Assembly (NCBI GenBank): GCA_963738685.1
Contig: CAVTXK010000002.1
Location: forward strand, 1,603,815 to 1,667,814
Direction: 5' to 3'
Length of the DNA: 64,000 nt
Source: an uncultured Chloroflexia bacterium
Lineage (GTDB): Bacteria; Chloroflexota; Limnocylindria; Limnocylindrales; CSP1-4
The stretch's first letter is position 1. Every line of letters begins with the position of its first letter. The position numbers and the translations under genes were made by a program. Below, in pieces: positions 56,747 to 64,000 of the stretch. The notes beneath the pieces are model-generated. The model was not told where the DNA came from and ran no database searches. It saw nothing but the letters and a program-made list of their open reading frames with translations.

Positions 56747-58449
56747 CCGGCACCACGGGCAGCCTGCCCCACCCGCCCCGCCCGACCGGGGAGGGCCACG
56801 ACCCCGGCCGCGACCGATGGCGCGAGACGCTTCGGGCGAAGGCCGTCAAGGCGGCCGCCGAGCGCCGTGATCCCTTTGCGACCTCGTCCGGCATCACGAT
56901 CCGCGACCTCTACACCGCGGCCGACATCGCCGGTCTAGACGAGGAGCGCGACCTCGGACGGCCGGGCGAGTATCCGTTCACCCGAGGCGTGCAGCCCACG
57001 ATGTATCGCGGCCGCTTCTGGACGATGCGCCAGTACGCGGGCTTCGCCACGGCCGAGGAGACCAACCGCCGGTTCCGCTACCTCCTCGATCAGGGCCAGA
57101 CCGGGCTCTCGGTCGCCTTCGACCTGCCGACCCAGATGGGCTACGACTCGGACGCCGCCGCCGCCGAGGGGGAGGTGGGTCGGGTCGGCGTTCCGATCAG
57201 CAGCCTCGCCGACATGGCCGTCCTCCTCGATGGCCTGCCGCTCGGTCAGGTGAGCACCTCCATGACCATCAACGCCACGGCGCCCGTGCTGCTTGCCCTG
57301 TACGTGGCCGCGGCCGAGGCCCAGGGCGTCGAGCGGGCCAGCATCAGTGGGACGACCCAGAACGACATCCTCAAGGAGTACATCGCCCGCGGCACGTACA
57401 TCTTTCCGCCCCGCCCGTCGATGCGACTGGTGACCGATGTCTTCGAGTTCTGCGCCGGCGAGCTGCCCAAATGGAACACCATTTCGATCAGCGGGTACCA
57501 CATGCGCGAGGCCGGAGCGACGGCCGCCCAGGAGCTCGCCTTCACGCTGGCCGACGCCATCGCTTATGTCGATGCGGCCGTGGAGCGCGGTCTGGACGTC
57601 GACGACTTCGCCGGGCGGCTGTCCTTCTTCTTCGCGGCCTGGTCGGAACTGTTCGAAGAGGTGGCGAAGTTCCGAGCCGCCCGCAGGATGTGGGCCACGA
57701 TCATGCGGGAGCGGTTCGGCGCCACGAATCCGCGCTCGCTGCTGTGCCGTTTCCACGTCCAGACCGCCGGGTCGAGCCTGACCGCCCAGGCGATCGACAA
57801 CAACGTGGTCCGCACCACGGTCCAGGCCCTCGCGGCGGTCCTTGGCGGGGCCCAGAGCCTCCACACGAACTCCCGCGACGAGGCCCTTGCCCTGCCCACC
57901 GAGGAAGCGGCCCGCCTCGCGCTTCGAACCCAGCAGATCCTCGCCTACGAGGCCGGCGTGACCGAGACGCCCGACCCCCTGGCCGGCTCGTACTACGTCG
58001 AAAGCCTGACCAACGAGCTCGAGGCGGCCGCCTGGGCCTATCTCGACGAGATCGAGTCGTTGGGCGGCACCCTGGCCGCCATCGAGCGCGGCTTCCAGCA
58101 ACGGGAGATCCAGGAGGCGGCCTACCGGGTCCAGCGAGCGGTCGACAGCGGCGAGCAGGTCGTCGTGGGCGTGAACAAGTTCCGCGACGACGAGATCGCG
58201 ACGCCGCCGACCCACCGGATCGATCCGGAAGGAGAGCGGCGCCAGGTCGAGCGCGTCCGGCGCGTGCGGGCCGAGCGCTCGGATGAGGCGTGGACCGCCG
58301 CCATGGATGAGCTCGAGCGCGTTGCCCGCGCCGACGGCAACCTGATGCCCCAGATCCTCGCGGCGGTGCGCGCCTACGCGACCGTCGGCGAGATCAGCGA
58401 CCGCCTCCGCATGGCGTGGGGCGAGCATCGCGAACTGATCACGGTCTGA
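56743..58449 (+). CDS. methylmalonyl-CoA mutase family, large catalytic (TIM-barrel) subunit without B12-binding domain
   Basis: 568 aa. [54 protein letters not shown]. Ends before any DxHxxG B12 domain. Confidence 0.9.
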   Translation: MTGTTGSLPHPPRPTGEGHDPGRDRWRETLRAKAVKAAAERRDPFATSSGITIRDLYTAADIAGLDEERDLGRPGEYPFTRGVQPTMYRGRFWTMRQYAGFATAEETNRRFRYLLDQGQTGLSVAFDLPTQMGYDSDAAAAEGEVGRVGVPISSLADMAVLLDGLPLGQVSTSMTINATAPVLLALYVAAAEAQGVERASISGTTQNDILKEYIARGTYIFPPRPSMRLVTDVFEFCAGELPKWNTISISGYHMREAGATAAQELAFTLADAIAYVDAAVERGLDVDDFAGRLSFFFAAWSELFEEVAKFRAARRMWATIMRERFGATNPRSLLCRFHVQTAGSSLTAQAIDNNVVRTTVQALAAVLGGAQSLHTNSRDEALALPTEEAARLALRTQQILAYEAGVTETPDPLAGSYYVESLTNELEAAAWAYLDEIESLGGTLAAIERGFQQREIQEAAYRVQRAVDSGEQVVVGVNKFRDDEIATPPTHRIDPEGERRQVERVRRVRAERSDEAWTAAMDELERVARADGNLMPQILAAVRAYATVGEISDRLRMAWGEHRELITV

Positions 58450-58450
58450 T

Positions 58451-59353
58451 GTGATGGATCGACCTCTGACGGCCGACCTCCACGAACGGCTCGCCCCCGA
58501 GGGCAGCGGGGGTTTCGTCGTGGCGAGTGCGGTGGATCCGTCGGCCATGGCGGCCCTCGCCAACGAGTTCGGCGCGCGTCACGCGGTCCTGGATGGCCCG
58601 ACGACGAAACGCGGCCTGATCGAGGCGCTCGCCCGGGGTCTCGACTTCCCGCCGAGGACCGGCCGGACCTGGGCTGCGCTCGAGGGATGGCTCGCCCGAC
58701 CCGAGCCGCCGTTCGACGGACCGGTCATCGTTACGTGGCTGCATCCGGCCCGCCTCGACCCGGCCGATGCCGGGACGTTCCGCTCGATCGTCGATCAGGC
58801 GGCGGCCGCCCGGCAGGCCGCGGGTGGTGGCCACCTCCTCGTCGTCGCCGGACCGGCTCTTTCGGCCACGGGCGGGGTCCCCGTCGCCCCGGCGGTCCCG
58901 AGTGCGATCCGTGGCCTCGGCAAGGTCCACCATGTCGCGCTCATCGTCGCCTCGATCGAGGACGCGCTGGGGTTGTGGCAGGAGATGCTCGGGCTGGAGC
59001 TCGAGACGGTCATGGACATCGCCTCGGACCGCGTCCGGATCGCGTTCCTCCGCGTCGGCGAGTCCAAGATCGAGCTCGTGCAACCGACCGACGATACGAC
59101 CGGGGTCGCGCGGTTCCTGGCCTCGAAAGGGGAGGGCTTCCACCACGTCTGCTTCGAGGTCGCGAACCTGGCCGAGACGCTCTTGCGTCTCGAGATCGAC
59201 GGCCTGGAGCTCATCGACTCAGCCCCCAGGCGTGGCGCCGAGGGACCCGTCGCGTTCATCCATCCGCGGTCGTGCCACGGCGTCCTCGTCGAGCTCATCG
59301 AGGCGCCAGGGGGTCCGGCCTGGCACGCCCTGGGATTCGAGTCGCCGAGTTGA
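58451..59353 (+). CDS. fusion: N-terminal barstar-like domain + C-terminal methylmalonyl-CoA epimerase (VOC fold)
   Basis: 300 aa. AVLDGPTTKRGLIEALARGLDFPPRTGRTWAALEGWL aligns with barstar [39 protein letters not shown]. The C-terminal KVHHVALIVASIEDALGLW...GEGFHHVCFEV...IHPRSCHGVLVELIE is MCE-like. Confidence 0.7.
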   Translation: MMDRPLTADLHERLAPEGSGGFVVASAVDPSAMAALANEFGARHAVLDGPTTKRGLIEALARGLDFPPRTGRTWAALEGWLARPEPPFDGPVIVTWLHPARLDPADAGTFRSIVDQAAAARQAAGGGHLLVVAGPALSATGGVPVAPAVPSAIRGLGKVHHVALIVASIEDALGLWQEMLGLELETVMDIASDRVRIAFLRVGESKIELVQPTDDTTGVARFLASKGEGFHHVCFEVANLAETLLRLEIDGLELIDSAPRRGAEGPVAFIHPRSCHGVLVELIEAPGGPAWHALGFESPS

Positions 59354-59427
59354 GGCTGGTCCCGCCGGCCCTCGACTAAGCTGGGCCATCGACCGACAAC
59401 GACAATCGCTTGGAAGGGGACGACACC

Positions 59428-59748
59428 ATGATCCTGTCCACGACCCCATCGATCGAGGGGCGCACGATCGCCGAGTACCGGGGCATCGTCACCGGCGAAG
59501 CCATCCTCGGTGCGAACATCTTCAAGGACCTCTTCGCGGGCATCCGCGACATCGTCGGTGGGCGGGCGGGCGCCTACGAGCGAGAGCTCGCGCGAGCGCG
59601 CTCGCTCGCCCTCGAGGAACTCGAAGCGGTAGCGGTCGGACTCGGCGCCGATGCCGTCGTCGGCATCGACCTCGACTACGAGACGGTCGGCCAGGGCGGC
59701 TCGATGCTGATGGTCACGGCCTCGGGGACCGCCGTCCGCCTGGGCTGA
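59428..59748 (+). CDS. YbjQ/UPF0145 family protein
   Basis: ATG at 59428 after [55 protein letters not shown]. Confidence 0.8.
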   Translation: MILSTTPSIEGRTIAEYRGIVTGEAILGANIFKDLFAGIRDIVGGRAGAYERELARARSLALEELEAVAVGLGADAVVGIDLDYETVGQGGSMLMVTASGTAVRLG

Positions 59749-59764
59749 GGACGCGCAGCGCGAA

Positions 59765-60031
59765 TCAGTCGCGGAACGCGCGCGAGGACTTGTTGCGCTC
59801 TTCCTTGGACGGCTTCGGCTCGCGGCCCGGCCGCGGGGGCTTGGGCGCCGTGCCGGGAGCCATCGGCTCCGGCGGTGGCAGCGGACCGCGCGCCCGGGCG
59901 GCTGCGACGGCGGTGTTGAACGACTTGGCGACCTCGGGCGTCAGGCTGCCGAGCCACGCGGCCTCGATCTCCTTGACGCGGATCGTCTCGTTGGCTCGGC
60001 GCTCGCGCTCCGAGCGGGAATGCTTGGTCAT
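59765..60031 (-). CDS. small basic hypothetical protein
   Basis: 88-aa ORF that is Lys/Arg/Pro-rich. Coding status is uncertain. Confidence 0.4.
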   Translation of the reverse strand: MTKHSRSERERRANETIRVKEIEAAWLGSLTPEVAKSFNTAVAAARARGPLPPPEPMAPGTAPKPPRPGREPKPSKEERNKSSRAFRD

Positions 60032-60114
60032 GGTCCGTCCTTGGTCGTGGGGTCGGGCGAACGGACGGATGGGTCCCGTTCGCGGTCAGCTCGATCCGGG
60101 AAGTGTACGCCGGT

Positions 60115-60963
60115 TCAGGCCTCGGTCGGCTTCGTCGCCCGCAGCGAGAACATGAGCGGCAGCTCCCCGCCACCCGCCGGGAGGACGAATCGGCCACTCC
60201 CGGGCTCGCTCTCGACGAGGAAATCCGCGGCCCAGTCGAGGTAGGGATGCTCCTCGAGCGACTCGATCCGGAGCCCGGCGTCGATGAGGGCCGTGACGAT
60301 CTCGCCGAGCCCGTGGTCCCAGCCGTGCTCCTTCTGCTCGCCGACGTCCGCTGACGGGTCCGCGTATGAACCCTTGACGTCGAAGACGAGCGGGTCGCGG
60401 TGCTCCCAGTACGGATAGGTGAGCCGCAGCTCGCCAGGGGCCACGCCCTCGTTCTCGAAGACCTGCATGACGGGATGGGCTTCGGTGATGAAGAAGGTCC
60501 CGCCCGGTGCGAGGAAATGGGCCACGACCCGCGCCCAGCCGCGGATGTCCGGCAGCCAGCCGATCACGCCGCGTGAGGTGTAGACCACGTCGAACCGGCC
60601 GTCGAGATGCTGCGGCAGGTCGTACAGGTTCGACTCGACGAAGCGAGCATCCGCGATGCCGATGTCGCGGGCGATCTCGCGGGCGAGTCGGATGGCGGCC
60701 GGGGAGAAGTCGGCCCCGGTCACGCGAGCGCCGAGGCGCGCCCAGGAGAGCGTGTCGATGCCGAAGTGGCACTGCAGGTGGAGGAGGGTCCGGCCACGGA
60801 CGTCTCCGACCGCGGCGATCTCATCGTCGCGCAGACGGATGCCGCCCTGGCGGAACCCAGCCAGGTCGTAGAACTCGCCCTGCGCATGGACGGCGGTCCA
60901 TGCCTCCCAGAGGCGCTGGTTCGCCGCGTACGAGCCGGCGTGGTCGGGGGCGTCGGCCATCAC
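60115..60963 (-). CDS. class I SAM-dependent methyltransferase
   Basis: 282 aa. LLHLQCHFGIDT (motif I variant), FDVVYTSRGV, LAPGGTFF. Confidence 0.85.
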   Translation of the reverse strand: MMADAPDHAGSYAANQRLWEAWTAVHAQGEFYDLAGFRQGGIRLRDDEIAAVGDVRGRTLLHLQCHFGIDTLSWARLGARVTGADFSPAAIRLAREIARDIGIADARFVESNLYDLPQHLDGRFDVVYTSRGVIGWLPDIRGWARVVAHFLAPGGTFFITEAHPVMQVFENEGVAPGELRLTYPYWEHRDPLVFDVKGSYADPSADVGEQKEHGWDHGLGEIVTALIDAGLRIESLEEHPYLDWAADFLVESEPGSGRFVLPAGGGELPLMFSLRATKPTEA

Positions 60964-61445
60964 AGCGCCCAGAGGAAGACGACGACCGGCGCCCGGTCCG
61001 CCTTCCGGCAGAACTGGACGAGGTCGCCGGCGAGCTCGCGGATCCAGGGCTTCTCCTCGCCCGGCAGCACGCCGAGCTCCTCCTCCAGCCGATCGATCCA
61101 GCGGCCCGCGACGCCGTCGAGCGTGATCTCGGGGATGGCCGCGACCGCCGAGATCCAGGCCGGGTCGACGCGCTCGATCGACAGGTCGGAAGCGGGTGCG
61201 TCGGGCGCCGGTTCACCGCTGCCGAGCTCCGTGCGCGCGTCGATGAAATCGACCGGGGCATCCTGCTCGGTCGCGGTCCGGACCGCCTCGGCGAACAGGT
61301 CCAGCCAGGTCGGGTCCATCCCGCCGCTCAGCGAGAGGTAGCCGGGGAACCGGTCCTTGTCGCGCAGGGCGTCGCGGTCGTCGGTCGAGAGCACGACGAG
61401 GATCTCGGTGACGTCGCCGGCGATGAGCTCCATGCGCGAGCTCAT
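60960..61445 (-). CDS. hypothetical acidic protein
   Basis: The ATG at 61445 overlaps the DinB stop (ATGA). 161 aa. The Arg-rich upstream part of the track ORF was rejected. Confidence 0.5.
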   Translation of the reverse strand: MSSRMELIAGDVTEILVVLSTDDRDALRDKDRFPGYLSLSGGMDPTWLDLFAEAVRTATEQDAPVDFIDARTELGSGEPAPDAPASDLSIERVDPAWISAVAAIPEITLDGVAGRWIDRLEEELGVLPGEEKPWIRELAGDLVQFCRKADRAPVVVFLWAL

Positions 61446-61948
61446 GGTCGCGGCTCCGTCTCGGTCTCGGCCCCCGTGGCCCGGGCCCGCTCCTCGGAGA
61501 AATCGATCATGTCGAGATCGCCCGGGGAGTGGCCGACCGCGGTGAGCAGCACGGCCGCCTCGGATCGGTGCTGCGTGCCGTGGTTCACGACGTGGGTGAG
61601 CATCTGCCAGTACGGGATCCCCTCGTCGGTCACGTTCAGGGCGTCGTCGTCCAGGCCGTCGAGCCACCGATCGAGGTCCAGCCACTCCTGCTCCCAGCGG
61701 GCGCGCAGGTCCTCGATCGTGGGGAGCGGCTCGCGCTCGGGACGCGGCACCTCCGGGGAGCCGGAGAGCCCGTGCCGCCAGCGCTGGCTGGCGCCCAGGT
61801 GGTGGACCAGGATGCCGCCGAGACCCCGTTGGTCGATGGCGTTCTCGGCCGACCAGGTCGCCTCGTCCACGCCGGCCGTCGCCTCGAGCACGCGCCGCGT
61901 TGCCCAACGATCGAAGTCGAACAGGAAGCGCAGGTCGGTCTGACGCAT
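61442..61948 (-). CDS. DinB/DUF664-family four-helix-bundle protein
   Basis: The ATG at 61948 gives [23 protein letters not shown]... [22 protein letters not shown] (His triad). Confidence 0.8.
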   Translation of the reverse strand: MRQTDLRFLFDFDRWATRRVLEATAGVDEATWSAENAIDQRGLGGILVHHLGASQRWRHGLSGSPEVPRPEREPLPTIEDLRARWEQEWLDLDRWLDGLDDDALNVTDEGIPYWQMLTHVVNHGTQHRSEAAVLLTAVGHSPGDLDMIDFSEERARATGAETETEPRP

Positions 61949-61961
61949 GGTCGTCGCTCCT

Positions 61962-62848
61962 TCAGCCGCGGTAGCCGGCGTCACGGAGGAGGGCGGGCAG
62001 CTCGGTGGGGGAGCCCGCGACCAGGAACCCGGCCGCCTCGAGCGCCTCGACCTTGGACGCGGCGGTCCCTGCGCCGCCGGAGATGATCGCCCCGGCGTGG
62101 CCCATGCGCTTGCCCTCCGGCGCGGTCCGTCCCGCGATGAACGCGACCTTGGGCACGTCCTGGAGATGCTCCCCGGCCCAGGCGGCGGCCGTCTCCTCGG
62201 CCGCGCCACCGATCTCGCCGATGAGCACGATCGCGTCCGTCTCGTCGTCCGCCGCGAACAGCTGGAGCGATGTCCAGGAACGTCGTGCCGATGATCGGGT
62301 CGCCACCGATGCCGACGCACGTCGACTGGCCGACACCGGCGTCGGTCATCGCCTGGACGGCCTCGTAGGTCAGCGTCCCCGATCGCGAGACCACGCCGAC
62401 CCGGCCCTCGCGATGGACCGAACCCGGGATGATCCCGACCTTGGCCCGGCCCGGCGAGGTGGCACCAGGGCAGTTGGGCCCGATCAGCCGCGCCCCGCGC
62501 TCCCGGACGAACTCGACGACCGCGACCATGTCGAGGGCCGGGATGCCCTCGGTGATGCAGAAGATCGTGGCGATGCCCGCCGCGGCGGCCTCCATCACCG
62601 CGTCCGGGGCGCCAGCCGGCCGGGACGAAGATCAACGAGGTGTTCGCACCGGTCTCGCGGACGGCCTCGCGGACCGTGTCGAACACCGGGACCGCGCCGT
62701 CCAGCGCCCGCTGGCCGCCCTTGCCGGGGGTGACACCGGCGACGACGTTCGTGCCGTATTCGCGCGACGCCTGGGCGTGGAACCCGCCCTCGCGGCCGGT
62801 GATGCCCTGGACGACGAGGCGGGTGTCGCGACCGACGAGGATGCTCAT
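61962..62848 (-). pseudogene. sucD: succinyl-CoA ligase alpha subunit, two apparent +1 frameshifts
   Basis: [24 protein letters not shown] (frame of 62848). [19 protein letters not shown]...[10 protein letters not shown]...[14 protein letters not shown] (frame of 62598). [21 protein letters not shown]...MGHAGAII (frame of 62336). Junctions at about 62612 and 62268. Confidence 0.8.
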
Positions 62849-64000
62849 GCCACGGCCCCGGCGGCGCGCGACGCTTCGACCGCCTTGGCCGCAGCGTCGT
62901 CGAGCGAGGCGGCGGTCTGGAACCGCGCTTCCTCCAGGAGGACCGCAGCCTCCGCGGCGTTGGTGCCGACGATCCGAACGACCATCGGCACCTCCCGGGT
63001 CTGCTGGCCACGTGCCTCGATGAGCCCGCGGGCGACCTCGTCTCCGCGCGTGATCCCGCCGAAGATGTTCACGAGGATCGCGTTGACCTTCGGGTCGGCG
63101 AGGATGAGGCGCATGGCCGCGGCCACCTTGTCCGCCCGCGCCCCGCCGCCGATGTCGAGGAAGTTGGCCGGCTCACCGCCGGCCCGCTTGACGAGGTCCA
63201 TCGTGGTCATCGCGAGGCCTGCGCCGTTGACCATGCAGCCGATCGTGCCGTCGAGCTTGATGAACGTGAGGCCCGCCTCGCGTGCCTCGCGGTCTTCGGG
63301 AGCCTCCTCGTCGGGGTCCCGCAGCTCCTCGAGCCCCGGGTGCCGGGCGAGGGCCGAGTCGTCGAGGGTGACCTTGGCGTCGAGGCAGACCAGCTGCTCG
63401 ACCGTCGTCCCGTCCGGCGCGGTCTCGCGGACGATGGCGAGCGGGTTGATCTCGACGAGGTCCGCGTCGTAGGCCTTCATGGTCTGGACCAGGCCCTTCG
63501 CGATCGCGACCGCGGCCTTCAGGTGGCCGCCCAGGCCCATCGCGAAGGCCAGGTCGCGGGCCTGGAAGTCGAGCAGGCCAAGGCGCGGGTCGGCGTGGCG
63601 GCGGATGATGGCCTCAGGATCGGTCTCGGCGACCGCCTCGATCTCGACGCCCCCTTCGGCTGAGCCCATCAGCAGGATCCCGCGCTCGGCCCGGTCGAGG
63701 ACCGCGGCGAGATAGAACTCCTTGACGATGTCCGCGGCCGGGGCGACGAGCACCTTGCGCACCGTCATGCCCTTGATGTCCATGCCGAGGATGGCATCGG
63801 CGACCGCCGCGGCCTCGTCCGGCGAGCCGGCGAGCTTCACGCCGCCGGCCTTTCCTCGGCCACCGACCAGGACCTGGGCCTTGATGACGATCTTGTCGGC
63901 GCCACCGGTCAGGAACCGCTCGGCTGCGGCCCGGGCCTCGTCCGGGGTGTGGGCGACCGCCCATTCCGGGACCGGCAGGCCCTGGGCGAGCAGCAGCGAC
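62845..64000 (-). CDS. sucC: succinyl-CoA ligase beta subunit (5' end beyond the window)
   Basis: My translation stays open to position 64000 (...[20 protein letters not shown]...). [22 protein letters not shown]. The stop overlaps the sucD ATG (ATGA). Confidence 0.9.
   Translation of the reverse strand, partial: SLLLAQGLPVPEWAVAHTPDEARAAAERFLTGGADKIVIKAQVLVGGRGKAGGVKLAGSPDEAAAVADAILGMDIKGMTVRKVLVAPAADIVKEFYLAAVLDRAERGILLMGSAEGGVEIEAVAETDPEAIIRRHADPRLGLLDFQARDLAFAMGLGGHLKAAVAIAKGLVQTMKAYDADLVEINPLAIVRETAPDGTTVEQLVCLDAKVTLDDSALARHPGLEELRDPDEEAPEDREAREAGLTFIKLDGTIGCMVNGAGLAMTTMDLVKRAGGEPANFLDIGGGARADKVAAAMRLILADPKVNAILVNIFGGITRGDEVARGLIEARGQQTREVPMVVRIVGTNAAEAAVLLEEARFQTAASLDDAAAKAVEASRAAGAVA

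Overview
All calls come from reading the sequence and ORF track and from motif recognition; no database search was run. This is a very GC-rich (third codon positions almost all G/C) chromosomal segment that looks Actinomycetota-like. I support about 70 protein genes and one tRNA-Asn(GTT). I saw no rRNA, CRISPR array, transposase or integrase. Left to right: a zinc-ribbon secreted protein, vapBC, a TetR plus DHA2-MFS pair with a shared low-GC operator, and a DUF922 HExxH lipoprotein. Next come an ACT protein, an AlkA-like glycosylase, a HAD hydrolase, a second MFS and an ABM-ABM-PAS protein. Then an ECF sigma/anti-sigma pair divergent from an HtrA-like protease, and a GH18 + sugar ABC transporter + GH144-like + GH39 glycan locus. 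These are followed by a DEAD-box helicase, a membrane-fused spermidine-synthase-like protein, an F420/LLM oxidoreductase and an orphan cytochrome b6-type protein. Further on: DUF72, PhoX-like and metallophosphoesterase genes, a 615-aa orphan, and dnaG-rpoD. A small accessory-looking stretch (XRE, VOC, HExxH repeat protein, rhodanese) runs up to tRNA-Asn. After it: a toastrack/GIDE/LemA/histidine-phosphatase operon, plsC, a UbiA prenyltransferase and an orphan parAB. The window ends with a propionate pathway cluster (pccB, biotin carboxylase, BCCP, methylmalonyl-CoA mutase large subunit, barstar-like::epimerase fusion), small genes and sucCD. Two observations matter most. (1) A 16-20 bp palindrome (GTCTTTGCGCAAAGAC) occurs four times within 4.6 kb: inside parB and at the cistron junctions of the neighbouring pcc operon. 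It is a candidate non-canonical parS or operon operator. (2) Ten apparent frameshifts, all displaced +1, lie in seven otherwise well-conserved genes. This looks more like insertion-type consensus error than natural decay, although the sites are clustered. Many long antisense or alternate-frame ORFs in the track are GC artefacts and were rejected.
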